From assembly GCF_009914755.1 (NCBI RefSeq), contig NC_060925.1: a stretch of 64,000 nucleotides of DNA; one strand, 5' to 3'. Both the position numbers and the translations under genes were made by a program. This DNA is from the human T2T-CHM13v2.0 reference genome, Homo sapiens. Positions 57,064 through 64,000 of the stretch are shown here, in pieces; positions within the stretch are counted from its first letter, which is position 1; every line of letters begins with the position of its first letter. Below the pieces are notes generated by a model. That model had not been told where the DNA came from and did not search any database. It saw nothing but the letters and a program-made list of their open reading frames with translations.

Positions 57064-57430
57064 TTTTATCCTGGAGCTGAGTGTCGGGCCTGCCCTGCCA
57101 TGCAGGGTTATCTCTGATTTATCAGCCACATTCCGGGCCTCTGAGATCAGGGCCCGGGAATGAGCCCCTCCGCGCCTGCGACGTGGGAGGTGGAGACCGG
57201 GCAGAGCCGACCTTGTATAGAAATGGGCCGGGTCGGGCCGGGGGGCAGGAACGCGCTGGAGACACAGACAAGTCCCCGTCTCCCGCTTCTTCCTTTCCTG
57301 CAAATGTCCAGGTGTCCTAGGTTGGCGCTTTCTTCCTGCCTCCCCACCCCACCGTTGCTGGAAAAGGCAGGGAGGACCCCGGCTTTCCGAGGACCGACGT
57401 GAGCGCGGGGAGCACGGGGTGACTCACAGC
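57064..57430 (-). promoter_or_regulatory. NPPB proximal promoter
   Basis: GATAAAA in TATA position 57064-57070; tandem GATA 57108-57113 and 57118-57124; two M-CAT (TEAD) CATTCC 57129-57134 and 57157-57162; AP-1 TGACTCA 57420-57426; CpG-rich. Confidence 0.88.
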
Positions 57431-57566
57431 GAAAACAGCCCCGGCCAAGACCCCGCCACCCGCGGCGCCTCTCCCCTCCCCGCGCGAGTTCCCTGGCCCG
57501 CACGTAGCGCAGCACCTGCTCGCCGCTGTGCACCCTGCCTGCCTGCGGGTCCTCGGGGGCGCCCTG

Positions 57567-57587
57567 GCCGCTGTCCGTGGTGCTGAT
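57567..57587 (-). promoter_or_regulatory. RE1/NRSE (REST site) in NPPB promoter
   Basis: Minus strand ATCAGCACCACGGACAGCGGC, near-perfect consensus. Confidence 0.92.
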
Positions 57588-57970
57588 CACCCCGAGGGAA
57601 CTTGGAGCAAACTCTCAAGAGCTGCTCTCTTCAACGGGATTTTCAGGCCAGAAAGACCTGCGTGGAGCAAGGACAAGAGACCTCCGAGACCTTTCCCTAT
57701 GCTCTCACAATCCGCCATCTTATAGTCCTTACAGCAACGGGATGCTGATTCCCCAGTGGCAATTCATTAAAAGCCTGGGTATGACCAGGAACTTCTGGAA
57801 TGCTGACCCTTCTTTCACTCCTTAAAGGGAAGAGCAGATTTCGCTGGAATTTTGAGAGATAGGGTCCAGTGATGACGAAGTCACCCAAGAATGCCTTATA
57901 TGTGTGTCCTCCACGTGTCAACACCTCCTCTCCCCCACCAAGCCAACACAGGATGGAAAACAAAAGGATA

Positions 57971-58307
<337 letters not shown>

Positions 58308-59055
58308 TTATCTATTTGCTGGGATACCAGAGATATGGGGATTTCCCCTCTCCCAGTGCCTCCTTCATCTGACCACCCATGATCTAATTATCATTAGCAG
58401 GTGGCCTGGTGATTAGAAGTGAGACTTTGGAGAGAAATGCCCCTGAGAAGAGTCATAGCAGCTTAAATACCCCCCTAAAGCATATATGACTGATGTCACT
58501 CCCCTTCCAGAGAATTGGTGTCAACAAGCAGCAGGCTGGAGGAGTGGAGCTGTCTATGAGGGGAGAAGAGTTACAGCAGAGAAGGGCAGCAATAAGAAAC
58601 TGGGACCTCTAAGCAGATCTTGCCTAAAAAATAGCATCTGCCCCTGAGGTGAGAAAAGCACGGTTATTATTCCTCACTTCAGAGGAGGAAATGGTGTTCA
58701 TGAATTAATCTACTTTCCAAAAGTCACACAATTGACACATGATAAATCCTGGATTCTAACCAGTCTGATTAGTCTAGCCAGCAGTCTGATTCCAGACCTG
58801 AAGCTCATAATCACTGCCAGGGTGATCACAAGGTGTTTCTACAAAAAGCAAGCTTAGGTGAATCCCGTGTCATCTATGAAGGCTCTGGGAGCTGTGCTGT
58901 GGGGGATGTGCAATTCTAGTGGTGACTGTGTGTGCAGGAGAAAGAATGGGAAGTGGCTCAGATGAGCATTTTGCAGATGAAATATAAATGGAGGTGGGTG
59001 GGTAAGGGCTGTGTAAAGACACCAGTGCTGGAAATGTTCTGGGGGGCTGGGGTAG

Positions 59056-59058
<3 letters not shown>

Positions 59059-59096
<38 letters not shown>

Positions 59097-59100
59097 CACA
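59059..59100. repeat. (TG)n microsatellite
   Basis: Direct read. Confidence 0.93.
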
Positions 59101-59773
59101 TGAGCATGCCACAGTAAGAGTATCAAAAGGCTAAGAGGAAGCTAAAGAGGTAAGAAAATTCAGCCAAGTGCAGAGGGGAGTCAGTGGGCGAGAGGCTGCT
59201 GAGGGTGCAGAAAGCCCCTCATGCTGAGTACCATGAGATAAAGGGTTCAGAGCAAGGCAGGATTCATCAACCAGCACCATCAAAAACTGACTCTGCATCT
59301 CGCCAGAGCCTCACTTTGCTCTTCGGCAAAATGGACAGTCCTTGCAAGGACTAAAAGGAAAAAAATAATATCTGCAAAAGCCCGTGGCACTGTATAAAGG
59401 GCCAAATAATTAGTAGTACATGAGAGTTGGTCTTTACACTGAAGGAGATTGTGATCTCACTGGGGAGACAAAGTGACCCCAAGTGAGACAATTAAGTGTC
59501 TAAGTGTCATACACTCTGACAGAGTTTCTATCTGTCCCCAGTGGAGGGGACTGTGGAAGAAGACTTGAGGAAGACACAGAACTAGACACATCCTCCAAGG
59601 CCTGCTGTCCAGGGAGGAGGATATGTTGTCAACTAACTCTCACACCAGATCAGCCCCATCAACATTTATCGAGGGCCTGTCATATGCTATGTGCTTTCCA
59701 AGTCTATTTAATGAAGCTAATCATAACACCTCTGTTGGAGCATTAATGTACAAGGATTAAATTTGATGATGTC

Positions 59774-60287
59774 TGTGGTAAGCTGAATAATAGTCCCCAA
59801 AAGATGTCCATATTCTAATCCCCAGAATCTGCGAATATACTACTTTACATGGTAAAAAGGACTTTGCAGGTGTGGTTAAGTTAAGGACCTCAAGGTGGAG
59901 AGATTCTCCTGGATTATTCAGGAAGGCTCAATGTCATCACAAGGGTCCTTATAAGAGGGAAGCCAGAGGATCAAGGTCAGAGGGACAAAATGTAAGGATG
60001 GGAACAGGTCAGAGAGGAGAGAAGAGACTACACTGCTGGCTTTGAAGATAGAGGAAGGGGCCATGAGCCAAGGAATGTAATCAGCCTCTAGAAGTTGGAA
60101 AGGGCAAAGAAATGGATTTTTCCCTAGAGCTTCCAGAAGGAATATGGGCCTGCCAATACCTTAGTTTTAGCCCAGTGAAACAGATTTCAGACTTCTGATG
60201 TCTGGAACTGTAAGAAAATAAAATCATGTTCTTTTAAGCCAACAAGCTTGTGAGACTTTGTTTCAGCAGCAATGGGAAATTAATAGA
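59774..60287 (+). mobile_element. MLT1D-like MaLR LTR
   Basis: TGTGGTAAGCTGAATAAT..CCCCAAAAGATGTCC..GCAGCAATGGGAAATTAATA. Confidence 0.75.
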
Positions 60288-61205
60288 GTATATGTCAAAT
60301 GCCAAGCATAGTGTCTCTCCCATAGTAAGCCCTCAGCAAATGTTGTTATGGTAGAAGTATTGGTTCCCCACCACCATCCAACTCTAAGTGCTTAATCTGG
60401 CCACACAGAAAGAAATAAGACCCTTAAGTCATTCAACAAACTTTCACCGAGACCCTGGGGTCACAGTAGCCCAGACCCAAGACTGAAATCACAGTCTGGG
60501 CTCAATTTCACATCAACTTCTTGCTACCTTTGTGTGTTGGGCAAGTTGCTTCCTCTCTCTCCTTGTTTTCTCATGGCTACCTCATAGGGTTGTTGTGAGC
60601 ATAAAATGAGACTGTGCAGGTTAAAATCTAATATTTCTGCTGGAAGGTGGGGATACATAACGGACAAGAAAGTCCCTGCCATTGAGAAGCTTACAGTGCA
60701 GGGGGAAAGGTGGGCACAATCACAGGCTCCCCAGGCTGCCACAGTGAGTGACAGATACAGTGGCAGTGAGTCCTGGATGCTCTGTGAGCACAGCAGGAGT
60801 GCGCAGTCGAGAAGGGAGTTTGTTGGAGAAGGTGGGGCTGGGCTAAGGCTTTGAAGGATAAGAATGAGTTAGCCACAAGAAGGAAGATGGAAGATGGGGA
60901 GGGCACTCTGGGCAGAGCAGATGCACAAGCAGAGGCTAGAAGGGCTGGTTAATGGATCAGCTACCACCCCTATGCTCTCTGCAGAAGGAAGAAGCTGTGC
61001 AGAATACAAGGTTTGACTAGTCAGAGAGTAGGACTCCAGCTGCAAGATTTTTCTGTAGCTTCCCTCTGGCCTCAATCTCCAGTCTAGTCCTGGGCAGCCA
61101 AAGTGGATGGTATGAGAGCACTGGGCACCTGGGGGAAGCAAAGGAGGAAACAGAGGAGCACTGACCCAGGAGGCAGGAGGCAGGCTCGTCTCTGCCCGTG
61201 GCTGA

Positions 61206-63635
<2,430 letters not shown>

Positions 63636-63740
63636 TGAAAGCATGGTCTTAAAATGAATGATGATGATGGGGAGTATTGGAGGAAAGGGGTGGGGGCATC
63701 TTCTTCCTCGTTAGTTTCTACAGGATCCATAATTTCCTCC

Positions 63741-63960
63741 TGTAGTTGTTTGCCAGGGCTGCAGTAACAAAGAACCACAGACAGGGGGCTTGAACAACAG
63801 ATGTGTACTGTCTATCAGTTCTGAGGACTGGGAGTCCAAGATCAAGGTGTGGGTGGGGCTGGTTCTCCTGAGGCCTCTTTCTTTGGCTGCAGATGCCGTC
63901 TCTTCCTGTGTCCTCCCATGGTCTCCCTCTGTACATATCTGTGTCCTAACCTCCTCTTTT
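63741..63960 (-). mobile_element. MLT1-type MaLR LTR fragment
   Basis: ..gggctgcagtaacaaagaaccacagac..ggcttgaacaacaga..gttctgagg..gagtccaagatcaaggtgt. Confidence 0.7.
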
Positions 63961-64000
63961 TTTTTTTTTTTCTGGATACAGAGTTTCACTCTTGTCACCC

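Overview
Human (or near-identical hominid) genomic DNA, recognisable as the chr1p36.22 MTHFR-CLCN6-NPPA-NPPB locus. It contains: the 5' end of MTHFR (minus strand; non-coding exon 1, an alternative upstream coding exon, and the first common coding exon); a CpG-island bidirectional promoter; the complete CLCN6 gene (plus strand, 23 exons, 2610-nt CDS = 869 aa, with one U12-type intron); plus-strand splice sites consistent with the antisense lncRNA NPPA-AS1 running from the CLCN6 3'UTR across NPPA; and complete NPPA (151 aa) and NPPB (134 aa) on the minus strand with their cardiac promoters and REST/NRSE sites. The rest is Alu-rich, with DNA transposons, LTRs, microsatellites and a 32-bp VNTR. 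I found no new gene. The least explained structure is a ~190-bp non-Alu inverted repeat pair in CLCN6 intron 2. Other leads are three MiT/TFE/USF-type E-boxes in the shared MTHFR/CLCN6 promoter, the minor intron, and a CLCN6 3'UTR splice route that would couple CLCN6 3'-end choice to NPPA antisense RNA. Repeat family names and SNP identifiers are from memory and were not checked against databases.
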